DNA of 64,000 nucleotides from the IMG/VR virus record IMGVR_UViG_3300045684_000050, positions 52,795 to 116,794 of that record, one strand, 5' to 3'. Below, one piece after another: positions 28,780-39,429 of this stretch. How positions within the stretch are numbered: position 1 is the first letter of the stretch; each line of letters opens with the position of its first letter. The notes under the pieces are model-generated. The model was not told the DNA's origin and made no database searches. It saw only the letters and a list, made by a program, of their open reading frames with translations. The position numbers were made by a program, and so were the translations under genes. This DNA is from a virus.

Positions 28780-31700
28780 TTAATTACAGCCGCAATCTTC
28801 ATTTGCACCAAAGGTGTTAAATTCACTTGATGATGCAGGTACACTATATCCTGGAACCATAAGATTATTTACCCATCTTTCACCTTGGTAAATAGATGTT
28901 AATGGAGAATTTATATCAACAAACAACTCAGAAGAATTTTCAAAATTATTCAAACAGCAAGTAAATGGACCCCAATTCACAGCACCTCCATAATCAATTC
29001 TAATTCTTACAGTATTCCCATCATCACTTACAACACTCAGCCCTCCATTAGGAATATAATAACTAGCTGACGTTAAACGTAAAACAGCAACTGGGCAAGT
29101 AAATTGAGCGAATGTTGAAGCTAAGTCTCCTTGAGTATAATTAGTAACAGTTATATCATAAACATCTACAGTTCCAGAAGAAGAAACCATCGTTTGCTGA
29201 ATAGGAGTAGCATTTACCCACATATTAGCTTCAGCATAACAATTAGCAGCTAAATCACACTCTATATCTTTTTTATGATAAGTCACTATGTCTTGTGACA
29301 TTGTTCCACATTCCGTATCTGTAACTGTTACACTAAATATTCCAGACTCCCCATCAGCTAATAACGGTAATGGATCTATAGACGCTCCAGAATATGTAGT
29401 AGAAGTACCTCCTATATTTACAGACCAACTATAACTATAGTTTCCACTTCCTCCAGATGCACTTGCAACTAATGGAGTATCACAACTATAAGGATATGAT
29501 GCACCTAAATCAATATTCGTGCTATTGGCATCTACAGTTAATGAGGGATAAAAAGCACAACAATCATCTGCATCTCCAACTATATAACTATATGTTCCTG
29601 TACATCCATTATCATCCGTGATGGTTCCACTATATGTGCCTTCTACTAATCCAGTAAATATCACATTTGGTCCGGTCTGATTATTAGCAGATAAATCTCC
29701 TGTTATATCATAAGGACCACTTCCTCCACTAATTATCATATTCACTACCCCATCTGCAGAATTAAATGAATTACAGGTTTCAGCAGTAGCTGTACCACCA
29801 GAAGTAATCGTTACTCCTGCACATACATCAGGACATGGCAATATAGTAAATGTATCAGTAGTCGTACAAAGTATTCCTCCACTACCATCATCACATATAT
29901 GTTCTAATGTTATGGTCCTTGTTATAGGTGAAGTAGAACAATTCAAATAGATTGCCCAACTTGGGAATTGAAGAGTTTGTATATAAATAGCTCCTGGCAA
30001 TGGGTGTAATGGTCCAGATACCGCAGCATCATAAACCTGAACTCTAGTCCCAATATTACCTTCTAAGTATGCATATAATTTACCTCCACATGCTCCTTCA
30101 TTAAATGGAGCAAAGAACATTTCAGTTAAATTGATAGCTACAACAAAACCAGATACATCTTGAGTAACTTCAGACTGATTACCTCCTCCTTGTGCCAACG
30201 TACATTGACATGCTGATCCTTCATTAAATACAGCAGTATCAGTACACGTAACTGGCCCAACACCATTAGATGTAGCCGTAACCGTATATGTTAACGTCTC
30301 ACCATTCATTAGGCAAGCATTAATAGGATTCGTAAACGTTACTAATCCTGTAGTAGGATTATAGTTATGTGCATAATTGGTTCCATTTACATTTACAGTA
30401 TTTACACTAATACCTGAACCTCCTGTCACTGTTATAGAACTAAAAGTATAACAACATTGTCCAGTAATAGTACTTGTTTCAGAATCAAAATCAATATCTG
30501 AATCTGTTATTTGGAAAATAGTACAATTAATCACATTGACAAACACTTGCCTTGTTTCACTACATCCAATTACATTGTCATAAATCGTTACAGTATATGT
30601 TGTGTCGCTTAATGGACTTACTGTTTGTGAATTACCAGTAGCTCCATTTGACCAACTGTAAGTATAGCTTCCGCTTCCACCTGTTACATTAAGTAATGCT
30701 AACGTAAGATTTTGTCCAATTGTATGATCAACTGTTTCTCCTTCAGCAATCGGAACTCCATTTGCTTCCAAAGTATAATTTATATCACATCCACAATTAG
30801 TAACAATAATAATAGCGGAAGCAGTACAACTACCATCTATATAAAGAGCATTGATTTGAGTTACAGCTCCAGCTCCATACAATGGAACTACAATCTGATT
30901 ACCATTTACAACAGTAAGTGGATTGTTATTTTGGTCAGTAGCAGATGTTATGTAATTAAAAGTATATGTCTTCTGAGTAAGATCTTGACTACAATCTTGA
31001 TTTATAGCAACAATATTTTGACCTTGAGTCACATTCAACATTATTTGCTGGCCACCCACACCAGTACATGTTCCTGATGCTGATATACTATCTACAGTAT
31101 AAATAGTACTTGTATTAGGATTAACACTGATTAGATTCACTCCTGGAACAGTCGTTAATGTATAACTACTACCGTCATCTCCTGATATAACTACAATAGA
31201 TCCTACGGCATTAGTAGAAATCTGCAAATTAGTAGACGACCCTACACATATTGTTGAATCCTCAAGAGAGAAGTCAGTAATCATAGGAGCACTCACCACA
31301 TCAATAGTTACAACTTCATTAATATCTATAACACAACTGCCTGAAGTCAATGACACAAAAGTATAAGTTACTGAACTATTAATAGGTCCAAATGTAGCAA
31401 CACCATTGTTTGGTACTGTTGTAGTTAAAATTGTACCTCCATTTATCCTATATCTTAATACGGCTCCTGCTCCTGATGCACTTGTAGTAAATGTTATATT
31501 CGTTGTTTCATTATCACATAATGTCTTATCCTCAGAAAGAGTATATGTTATATTCGGAGTAGATGTAACAGAAACAGTTTTAGTACTTGATTCACATCCT
31601 GATGCATCTACAGCTTTAATGCTATATGTTCCTGCATCATAATTTGATAAACTAAATGTATTTGTTGTTACAGTTGAAGAATTTCCATCCGGATAAGTAA

Positions 31701-34518
31701 TAGTATAACTTATAGGCGTTACGCCTCCATTTGGAGTAAAGTCAAAACTTAAGTCGCCGCCACAAGAATTTGTATTGTTAGCAACAGTAAAATCAAATGT
31801 ATCACAACAGTTATTATTAGCCTGAATAGTTGTTTTACATCCATCACTATAAAGTACGTCTATTGAATATACAGTTCCTTTTGTCAAGAACATTTTTAAT
31901 GTAGATCCTTGATCAATATAATTTGCAGCTGGGGTAGCACTCAATCCGGTAATAATAAATGAACCTACTTGCTTAGAAAATATAAGACCATATTCTGATC
32001 CAGAAGTAGAACAATCTACTGTAGTCTCTGGAATTCTATCATCAGCATCTTCTAGTGCATATTCTAAAGAACATTCTACAGAAGAACCATAGATTACATC
32101 TAATTTTATAGTTTTAATCGCTGCTCCACCAAGGTTATATTTACCAAACATAGAAGTAGTGGTGCCATCGATAACCATACCCGCTGTTTTGTTATGTACA
32201 AATCGCTGAACGAATGTTCCATTAAGGTATAAATTATACTTAGCTTGAACATCAGAAGGTATATCATAACCCCATTTTGTAATGTCTTGATTTACATCAC
32301 AGGGAACAAATGGATTCTTTAATAATATCTCTGTATTACAATTTTTTGCTTCATAAAATAATTTTTCTGGATGACAAAAACCAACTTTTCCAAGGTCTAA
32401 AGCATCCGTACATCCACAATCAGGACGTACTAAATAATATCTATTACCCCAAAGCTCTCCATTTGGATCGCTTAATGGATATGCTGTTGAACTAGGTATC
32501 TCACCAGGCCCATACAATATATCTTCATAAGTACCATTACCTGGAAGTGTAACATAAACTTTTCTAAACACTTCTGATTCGTCATATGAACCATCTATAG
32601 ACTTATACCATTTCCATAATGGAGGCCTTGTATCCTCAGATGTCAATTGACCTATTGCTGGCGAATAATCTCCTGCAGCAACTAAATCCATGGCAGTATT
32701 ATTGCTAAATGTCCATTTACCTACGGATATATCTCCATTATAACCACATGTATTTGGCATTGCCATAACACCTGTCTTAGTAACGGTAATCTCTATCCTA
32801 TTAACAACCTTAGTTTCAGTTCCAGAACCAATAGCAGGAAGAACAAGAGCATCAAATGTATGAGAGTCTTTGTCAGATAATGATCCCCCTAGTTTTGCTA
32901 ATTTTTCTCCTATTGTTCCTACCCAAACCAATCTACCTTGAGAATCAGTCTTATATACATCATAAAATACGGTAGCAACTAATTCAACAAATCCTGAAGT
33001 AGGCTTTTCATTTTCAGCAATATCTGGATGGCCTATATTTCCAAGTTTCGGAAGTGTTGAATAAGTATTTTCGTTAGAACTACCTTTTCGTAATTCAGCA
33101 TTATAAATAAATGTATATGTCCCAGTGTTAGCATTTTTGCTGGCTAAAGATATACCTGAGTTTATTGTTACAACCGGACATGCACAGTTCTCTGTCTTCT
33201 GAGTAACTTTTATATCACAATTGGTTTTTGTGAATGTCATTTCATCTGTACCTACTGCTGCTCCACATCCGGGGATACCTGCTGCCTGAGAAGTAGTGAA
33301 ATTAGAGCAATGGACACATTTACCTTTAAAACATCCATAACCTAGTCCACATTCACATCCTGTAGTACAATCATCCCCATCCGGAACATCGGTACATATA
33401 CTTCCTATACAATCACAACCTAATTTTTGATCACAAGTAGTATCACAGACTGAAGATCCACAAGGTTCACATTTTTTAGTAGTAGCATTACATCCACAAC
33501 CTTTTCCGCAATCAGTACCATTATTACATGAACCGGTACAAGTATTTACTTCACATGAGTTTGTAGATTTATTGCAATAGCAACCTTCTCCACAACCTGT
33601 AGCACAACTACCTGTACAAGACTTACAATAACAAGTATCTGCATTTAACCTTACACAAGCTTTTGTTCCTCCACACGATTCAGGATCATTGCAATCACAA
33701 ATATCTTCACACTTTCCATCCACACAAACTTGTCCAGAAGGACATTGGATAGGAGAACATTTACCTGTTATGTGATTGCAACTTTGACAAGGATCTTTAC
33801 AATCGTCATCAGAAGTACATTCAGGTGCCGGCAAGCAATCGCCAGTTTCTGGATCTCTTATATATCCAGGCTTACACTTACACTCACCTAGTACGCATTC
33901 TTCATTAGGATCACAATTAGTATCAACTAAACATTCTACACATTCATCTGTCTTTGGATCACATACACCAACTGGACAAACAATAGGAACGATACCTTTA
34001 ATTGTACATATAGTACATGGAGGCCATGAATCAGGATCATTTATATCACAATCAACACACTCTCCATTTTCGTTTTTATGAGGTTTGTCTGGAGGACACT
34101 TACACTTTCCATTAACACATACTTGACCATCTGTACAAGGATGTTCGTCATCACACTCTACACATGTCTCAGTCTTTGGATCACAAAATTCTCCAGGTAA
34201 ACATTTACTTATACATCCTAAAACAGGATCGCATATTTCACAAGGCCCACATGAAGGATTGTCAGGATCACAAGGACAAATTTTTATCCTCTGATCATCA
34301 CATTCATTACAGTCTCCCTTACAGCGTACTACACCATAAAAGCACTTTTCATCACAACCTTCTGGAATCTGAACTTCGATATGACCTGTAGTATAGATAC
34401 ATACGATATCAGCACATTTAGGCTGATCCCATATAATTTCTAAATCTGAGGTTTTACAAGCAGAAAGCCCGGCTTGATTGGCCAGGTCTCGAATTTTAAG
34501 AGTGTATGTTGTACTCAT
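28780..34518 (-). CDS. 1912-aa protein with an EGF-like Cys-rich N-terminus and SprB/PKD-like Ig repeats at the C-terminus
   Basis: CxxxxxCxxGxxCxxGxC units; SGGSGPYDI...FTGLVEGTYSGTITDDNGC and GGSGSYTYSWSNG...TTYTVTI resemble the repeats of Bacteroidota SprB/T9SS-secreted proteins. Confidence 0.8.
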   Translation of the reverse strand: MSTTYTLKIRDLANQAGLSACKTSDLEIIWDQPKCADIVCIYTTGHIEVQIPEGCDEKCFYGVVRCKGDCNECDDQRIKICPCDPDNPSCGPCEICDPVLGCISKCLPGEFCDPKTETCVECDDEHPCTDGQVCVNGKCKCPPDKPHKNENGECVDCDINDPDSWPPCTICTIKGIVPIVCPVGVCDPKTDECVECLVDTNCDPNEECVLGECKCKPGYIRDPETGDCLPAPECTSDDDCKDPCQSCNHITGKCSPIQCPSGQVCVDGKCEDICDCNDPESCGGTKACVRLNADTCYCKSCTGSCATGCGEGCYCNKSTNSCEVNTCTGSCNNGTDCGKGCGCNATTKKCEPCGSSVCDTTCDQKLGCDCIGSICTDVPDGDDCTTGCECGLGYGCFKGKCVHCSNFTTSQAAGIPGCGAAVGTDEMTFTKTNCDIKVTQKTENCACPVVTINSGISLASKNANTGTYTFIYNAELRKGSSNENTYSTLPKLGNIGHPDIAENEKPTSGFVELVATVFYDVYKTDSQGRLVWVGTIGEKLAKLGGSLSDKDSHTFDALVLPAIGSGTETKVVNRIEITVTKTGVMAMPNTCGYNGDISVGKWTFSNNTAMDLVAAGDYSPAIGQLTSEDTRPPLWKWYKSIDGSYDESEVFRKVYVTLPGNGTYEDILYGPGEIPSSTAYPLSDPNGELWGNRYYLVRPDCGCTDALDLGKVGFCHPEKLFYEAKNCNTEILLKNPFVPCDVNQDITKWGYDIPSDVQAKYNLYLNGTFVQRFVHNKTAGMVIDGTTTSMFGKYNLGGAAIKTIKLDVIYGSSVECSLEYALEDADDRIPETTVDCSTSGSEYGLIFSKQVGSFIITGLSATPAANYIDQGSTLKMFLTKGTVYSIDVLYSDGCKTTIQANNNCCDTFDFTVANNTNSCGGDLSFDFTPNGGVTPISYTITYPDGNSSTVTTNTFSLSNYDAGTYSIKAVDASGCESSTKTVSVTSTPNITYTLSEDKTLCDNETTNITFTTSASGAGAVLRYRINGGTILTTTVPNNGVATFGPINSSVTYTFVSLTSGSCVIDINEVVTIDVVSAPMITDFSLEDSTICVGSSTNLQISTNAVGSIVVISGDDGSSYTLTTVPGVNLISVNPNTSTIYTVDSISASGTCTGVGGQQIMLNVTQGQNIVAINQDCSQDLTQKTYTFNYITSATDQNNNPLTVVNGNQIVVPLYGAGAVTQINALYIDGSCTASAIIIVTNCGCDINYTLEANGVPIAEGETVDHTIGQNLTLALLNVTGGSGSYTYSWSNGATGNSQTVSPLSDTTYTVTIYDNVIGCSETRQVFVNVINCTIFQITDSDIDFDSETSTITGQCCYTFSSITVTGGSGISVNTVNVNGTNYAHNYNPTTGLVTFTNPINACLMNGETLTYTVTATSNGVGPVTCTDTAVFNEGSACQCTLAQGGGNQSEVTQDVSGFVVAINLTEMFFAPFNEGACGGKLYAYLEGNIGTRVQVYDAAVSGPLHPLPGAIYIQTLQFPSWAIYLNCSTSPITRTITLEHICDDGSGGILCTTTDTFTILPCPDVCAGVTITSGGTATAETCNSFNSADGVVNMIISGGSGPYDITGDLSANNQTGPNVIFTGLVEGTYSGTITDDNGCTGTYSYIVGDADDCCAFYPSLTVDANSTNIDLGASYPYSCDTPLVASASGGSGNYSYSWSVNIGGTSTTYSGASIDPLPLLADGESGIFSVTVTDTECGTMSQDIVTYHKKDIECDLAANCYAEANMWVNATPIQQTMVSSSGTVDVYDITVTNYTQGDLASTFAQFTCPVAVLRLTSASYYIPNGGLSVVSDDGNTVRIRIDYGGAVNWGPFTCCLNNFENSSELFVDINSPLTSIYQGERWVNNLMVPGYSVPASSSEFNTFGANEDCGCN

Positions 34519-34564
34519 TTGTCTTTTTGTTCAATAGAATAAATGAACTCAAAGACACTGCCTA

Positions 34565-35395
34565 TTATAAATAACAGGAATTTACAGACTTCATTATACT
34601 GTACAATTCCTTACAATTATTAGTCAAAGGTAACTGTTTTTTCTGATATATACACAAAATACAGTTCTGATTTTTCTTATCCAAACCAAATGTTATACCG
34701 CAAGATAATGACTTCTTTATGATGTCATAAGAAAGTCCGCATTCTACTAACTTTACATATATTTCAAATGAAATAGGAGTGCATTTTTTGTCTAGCTTAA
34801 CAATTTCGTATTGATATTTACATTCTTTTATATTAGCTTTTACACTATATTCTACAAAACATTCTGCAATATCCTGAACTACTTCATAAACTACCATACA
34901 TTCTGTTTCAGGCTTCATTGCTATCTCATAAATAAATTTACACTCATCTCGCTTTATTGAATCAATATAAACTTCTATCTTATTACATACTTGATAAAGA
35001 GCTTTTTCCCATGTTTCATAAGCGATACATCCAGGATTTTTTAATAACCACTGATCTTGTTTACTTCGGTCCACTTCTTGCTTTGACACTGCATCTTGCT
35101 TCCCGATAAGTTTAACAATATTTTCTCTTAGCCTAGAAAAATATTCTAAGCAAATACACTTTCCATTATATAATATTTGATTCTTCATATCCACAAGGAT
35201 ACTTTTGAACCTTCTTAATTTACGAATATTGTCAAAATTTGCTTTTGGATATCCATAACTATAAAATGATGCAAAATCACCACTAACCCCTATTATATAC
35301 GCATCCATATCTGCCAATAAAAAATTGATGTCATCTATTGATGGTATCAAGCATTCATCTGGACAATGATCACATGTTAGCACTTTCCTACGCAC
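34565..35395 (-). CDS. Cys-rich putative structural protein
   Basis: Four EC..xY.(I/V) repeats about 13-14 aa apart; in the head/fibre operon. Confidence 0.55.
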   Translation of the reverse strand: MRRKVLTCDHCPDECLIPSIDDINFLLADMDAYIIGVSGDFASFYSYGYPKANFDNIRKLRRFKSILVDMKNQILYNGKCICLEYFSRLRENIVKLIGKQDAVSKQEVDRSKQDQWLLKNPGCIAYETWEKALYQVCNKIEVYIDSIKRDECKFIYEIAMKPETECMVVYEVVQDIAECFVEYSVKANIKECKYQYEIVKLDKKCTPISFEIYVKLVECGLSYDIIKKSLSCGITFGLDKKNQNCILCIYQKKQLPLTNNCKELYSIMKSVNSCYL

Positions 35396-35865
35396 CCTTT
35401 TATTGTTTCCTCTATATTATTATAAATAGATTGGGCCTCATCTTTCATTTGATACCCGGCGACAGTTTCTAATACCTCAAATTTATCTTGAAGGCAAAGA
35501 AATAAATCAGGATCATCAATATTCCTAAGAAGTAAATTATCTATGTCACATTTTAAGTTGCCAAAATACCCAACATGTGTTGTTATATTTACTCCACAGC
35601 TTTCTGTATTAACACAATAAATACCATCAAGTAATGGACATATATTTAATTGACTTGCATCAAATACTAATGATGATCCTACAGGAATAGAAATAGAAAA
35701 AGTCTCCTTTGCAGGAGACTCGACGTTTAAATCAACATATAAAACTAAACCGTCTAATTTTTGATTAATACCCCATTGAATATCAGACAGATCTGTTATC
35801 TTGAATACCGTATCGGTAATCTTCTCTATCTTAATATTTAATTTCTTTATACAAAAACATGACAT
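35377..35865 (-). CDS. Putative structural protein (beta-rich N-terminus, helical C-terminus)
   Basis: DGIY.V motif, Cys-rich termini, synteny. Confidence 0.5.
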   Translation of the reverse strand: MSCFCIKKLNIKIEKITDTVFKITDLSDIQWGINQKLDGLVLYVDLNVESPAKETFSISIPVGSSLVFDASQLNICPLLDGIYCVNTESCGVNITTHVGYFGNLKCDIDNLLLRNIDDPDLFLCLQDKFEVLETVAGYQMKDEAQSIYNNIEETIKGCVGKC

Positions 35866-35868
35866 CAG

Positions 35869-36141
35869 TTAGGCATTTCGCAATTTATAAGCAGCAATAG
35901 CTTCTTCTTTTGTGCCGAATACTAAAGCTCCATTATCATTCCAGATATAATCTTTTCCATTTCCAGAAACATCTTGTAACTTCATAGTACCTGTACAGCA
36001 ATCATATCCAAAACAACCGCAATCCCAAAGATATGCGAACACATCATTCACAGAAGTAATCCAAGAGCCATCAGCTCTCTGAATTATTCCAGTCTTAATG
36101 CTAACATCATTGGCCAACTTAAAATTTTTATTACTTGCCAT
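35869..36141 (-). CDS. Small hypothetical virion protein
   Basis: 90-aa ORF with WDCGCFGYDCC in the structural operon. Confidence 0.55.
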   Translation of the reverse strand: MASNKNFKLANDVSIKTGIIQRADGSWITSVNDVFAYLWDCGCFGYDCCTGTMKLQDVSGNGKDYIWNDNGALVFGTKEEAIAAYKLRNA

Positions 36142-36158
36142 TTTTAATTATAATTTGA

Positions 36159-36186
36159 AGTGAGGTAGCTTTTAGACTACCTCACT
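36159..36186 (-). terminator. Perfect 10-bp hairpin AGTGAGGTAG/CTACCTCACT after the auxiliary capsid gene (terminator or mRNA-stabilising stem)
   Basis: Inverted repeat seen directly; only a weak U-tract. Confidence 0.55.
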
Positions 36187-36196
36187 ATATTTTTAA

Positions 36197-37774
36197 TTAT
36201 GCACCACAAGGAGTACCCAGCATATTACAATTACTTAGTGCGTCTAATTGAGCATAAATACTTTGCATAGCAGCAGCAGTAGTAGAATCCCCATTAGGAA
36301 TAAGTAATCTTGCATGAGCAACATTGGTATGATCCCACTTATTCATCGTCCATCCAGATCCAGATCGTCTGAATCTTATATTATTGGCACAATAAGTTTG
36401 CTCACAGACAACATTATTCTTAGCATCAATTATTTGATGATATTTCATTGGTGTTCCATGCATACCGTATCTATGGCCTCCATAATACCAATTACTTCCG
36501 TCACCACCTCTATAGTTATGCCTTAATGCAGCATTTACATATTGGTATCCGGTGCCCTCTGCTCTTCCTCCTTTTGTCTTCTCTACAGCAAAGAAATTAT
36601 CTTTAACCCAATCATCACCAAGGAAAGTAATTCTTTCAATAGTCTTTCTTGTGTTAATATAGTTTTGCTCATCGCCAGGTAATCCACAGCTACATGGCAA
36701 CATCAATGTGTCAACATGAAGTCTGATAAGACATTGTGGAGTAAAAGTAGGAGCTACTTCACCACAGTTAAGACAATTCTTTTTAAGTTCGATATCAGTA
36801 AATGGATCTTCTTCTTCAAGAACTACAGCTCCATTTATATCCACAAGATCTACAGTAGCAGCACAACTGATAATTGTTATTTTCCAGCAACAGCAATTTC
36901 CTTCTCCTGAATCAATCCACACTCTAAGTCTTTTGTCTTTTCCTTGTTCCCACAGATAATCTTCAAGATTTTTCAAAGTCTGAAGATCAGTCAGATCATC
37001 CATGTTATTGAATGGAGTAAGATCAATAACTAATTCAGTCTCTGTTGTTGCATCCAAAGTAAGACTTTCTAGACCAGTCAGAGCAGCACATGTATCACAT
37101 CCATTATCAACCGGTGCTAAACATGCATGATATACTTTTGTTCCTGCAGGTATAACAGCAGCAGAAATAGGCATATATAATGTTTCTGTATTATCAAGGT
37201 TCCCAATACCCGGCACATATATTTTCCCAGATTTCTCATTGATGTCCTGCTCTATTTTGCATGCCATTTCAAAACAATCTGTAGTTGGTAAACATTCGTC
37301 ACATCCTACATTTAATCCGGTAGAACCTTTGAAATAATATTCAATTTCTCCTTCACCACCATAAAGAACTTTGGTATATGCATCTCTGTAGTGAACAGCA
37401 AAAGCATAACTGGCATTTGGTTGAGGACAACCGAATGCTATATCCCAAACTGGTCCAGCCCCACATGAAGGCTCAGTAAAATCAATGTCTACTTCATCTT
37501 TGCAAAGATCAAACTCAGCACCTCCAATAGTGACAAGCCTATCTGCTAAAGATCCAGGAGATCCATTTCCTACGCCTACAGAAATCTTAAATTTCTTTTT
37601 TGTAGGAATATCAGCCGGTGCAAATGATTCATTAAGGATTGGGTCCCAAAGAACGGGTTGTCCTACTCGTGGCCCCCATGTCTTAGACTTCAATCTGACA
37701 GGTTGACCGGCTGGATATAATGCCTGGTCCCCACCTGTTGCTATTACTTGATTATAGGTTGTTAACGACAACAT
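36197..37774 (-). CDS. Auxiliary capsid/decoration protein (crAss gene-74-like by position), Cys-rich
   Basis: Position two genes after the MCP; many CxxC motifs; strong hairpin downstream suggests high expression. Confidence 0.55.
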   Translation of the reverse strand: MLSLTTYNQVIATGGDQALYPAGQPVRLKSKTWGPRVGQPVLWDPILNESFAPADIPTKKKFKISVGVGNGSPGSLADRLVTIGGAEFDLCKDEVDIDFTEPSCGAGPVWDIAFGCPQPNASYAFAVHYRDAYTKVLYGGEGEIEYYFKGSTGLNVGCDECLPTTDCFEMACKIEQDINEKSGKIYVPGIGNLDNTETLYMPISAAVIPAGTKVYHACLAPVDNGCDTCAALTGLESLTLDATTETELVIDLTPFNNMDDLTDLQTLKNLEDYLWEQGKDKRLRVWIDSGEGNCCCWKITIISCAATVDLVDINGAVVLEEEDPFTDIELKKNCLNCGEVAPTFTPQCLIRLHVDTLMLPCSCGLPGDEQNYINTRKTIERITFLGDDWVKDNFFAVEKTKGGRAEGTGYQYVNAALRHNYRGGDGSNWYYGGHRYGMHGTPMKYHQIIDAKNNVVCEQTYCANNIRFRRSGSGWTMNKWDHTNVAHARLLIPNGDSTTAAAMQSIYAQLDALSNCNMLGTPCGA

Positions 37775-38471
37775 CTGTTAGTATTTTATTTAAACTAAAA
37801 ATTTTATTTATCTCTAAGTTAAAGTCAGATACATCATCTCTTGCTTTAAGAACTGCTCCCTGAATGATTGGCGTTTCAGCACCGGTACCAAGTATAAGGT
37901 CTCTATCAAAAGTAATCTTACTGCCATCGGCATATACATAAGAATTACTTTCCGTTAATGATGCAGCATGAATCTCAGGAATATTCTCAACATAATTGGC
38001 TTCTGCTTTCACAATAAAGTAATCTCCATTATGATAAATCCTTATCCCTTCACTATCTATATCGTCAAATGCTTGTCTAAACTTAAAGCTTCCTATCCAT
38101 GTATCTGATACAGATGCTGAAAAGGTAGATTTATGTTTTAGAGGAGAACTTGGAAACCTATCGATACAATCATCTTTTTTAGCTGTAATAAGCAAACCTC
38201 CTAAGATGTTCATATTTTTAGGAACCTCAAATAGATCATGATCTTTATTCCTTTTGATTCTATCTAACTTTACTAAACTTTTTTTCAAGGGCCGGAACCA
38301 TCTTTCTAATAACTGATTCGTCTCATAATATGGACCTAACCTGGAATTAAACTGACTTATCGACCAATTAAGTATAGCCACCTTTCGGCTAACTTTTAAA
38401 TCTTTGTATTTTTTATCATTTACATGATGCAATGCATCTGTAAACTTATAAATCAACTCTACAGCTTTCAC
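37752..38471 (-). CDS. crAss-like ring/head-completion protein
   Basis: ELIYKF...LN.SI..F N-terminal pattern of crAss ring proteins; synteny. Confidence 0.55.
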   Translation of the reverse strand: MKAVELIYKFTDALHHVNDKKYKDLKVSRKVAILNWSISQFNSRLGPYYETNQLLERWFRPLKKSLVKLDRIKRNKDHDLFEVPKNMNILGGLLITAKKDDCIDRFPSSPLKHKSTFSASVSDTWIGSFKFRQAFDDIDSEGIRIYHNGDYFIVKAEANYVENIPEIHAASLTESNSYVYADGSKITFDRDLILGTGAETPIIQGAVLKARDDVSDFNLEINKIFSLNKILTDVVVNNL

Positions 38472-39391
38472 TTCTTAGCATTCAAGACCTCAGTAGCTTT
38501 TACATCTATTTCGGTCAATAACTCTAAATATTCTTCTCTATTTAAGGTAAGCTCTATCTCTTTATATGACTTACCTAGAGCATGATTCTTAAAGTAATAA
38601 ACACCTTTTTCTTTATGGAATACCATAGCTTTCCTAGCTCTTAATATAATACTAAGTACTGATGTCTGCTTGATATCTACATTTCTCATTCTGTCCATAA
38701 AGTCCATGGCTGTTTCTCCAGTAAATGTTGATTTACCAGGATTGTTTCCAAGCACTTTAATGATAATCTTGTCTAACTGCTTATCACTTGCATTTGTTGG
38801 ATACTTTTCGAACATAGCATCAAGAACAAACTTTTTTCTATCTGCATCCATGTTCATCAGATATCTAGTGATATCATAAATAGTATCTAACTCATTATCT
38901 CTGAACACTTCTTCGCCCACATCTTCTTTTGGTATCACCTTGAACATTACATTTTTTAATGTAGGTGGCCTCTTTTGATGTGTAGGGAAGTAAAATCTTT
39001 CATCAGAATAAGCTACACTAAGCCAAAAAGCATCAATAGGATTATTAGTGTCAAAATCAACACCTCTAAACTTAACAGGGAATCTCAGCTCATTTTTACA
39101 AAAAAATGGATCAGTAGCTATTTCTGGATTTGCATTATTTATTGGCATTCCTTCTCTATCAAAAAATCCAAATGTAGGAACAACAGAGCTAAGGTTTACA
39201 TTAAACTTCTCAAGATCTACACCAAAAGATCCTTTTCTAGTATTATATATAGGCTTAAGACCAAGTTCAGCATCAGGGACATATGGTTTATCATAAGTCC
39301 CTGCTGTAACTTCTCTTCCATTCACATCTTTTTTTACCGGGACAGAACCGAAATAATCACTTTTTCCTATATATTTTGCCGTGTACTTCAT
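38468..39391 (-). CDS. Conserved crAss-like protein downstream of the MCP (gene-75-like)
   Basis: Position; FD.NNP.D..W motif; C-terminal GVYYFKNHALG. Confidence 0.55.
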   Translation of the reverse strand: MKYTAKYIGKSDYFGSVPVKKDVNGREVTAGTYDKPYVPDAELGLKPIYNTRKGSFGVDLEKFNVNLSSVVPTFGFFDREGMPINNANPEIATDPFFCKNELRFPVKFRGVDFDTNNPIDAFWLSVAYSDERFYFPTHQKRPPTLKNVMFKVIPKEDVGEEVFRDNELDTIYDITRYLMNMDADRKKFVLDAMFEKYPTNASDKQLDKIIIKVLGNNPGKSTFTGETAMDFMDRMRNVDIKQTSVLSIILRARKAMVFHKEKGVYYFKNHALGKSYKEIELTLNREEYLELLTEIDVKATEVLNAKK

Positions 39392-39429
39392 AAAATTTTA
39401 TAGTTTATAACATATTAAAAATCACCAAA

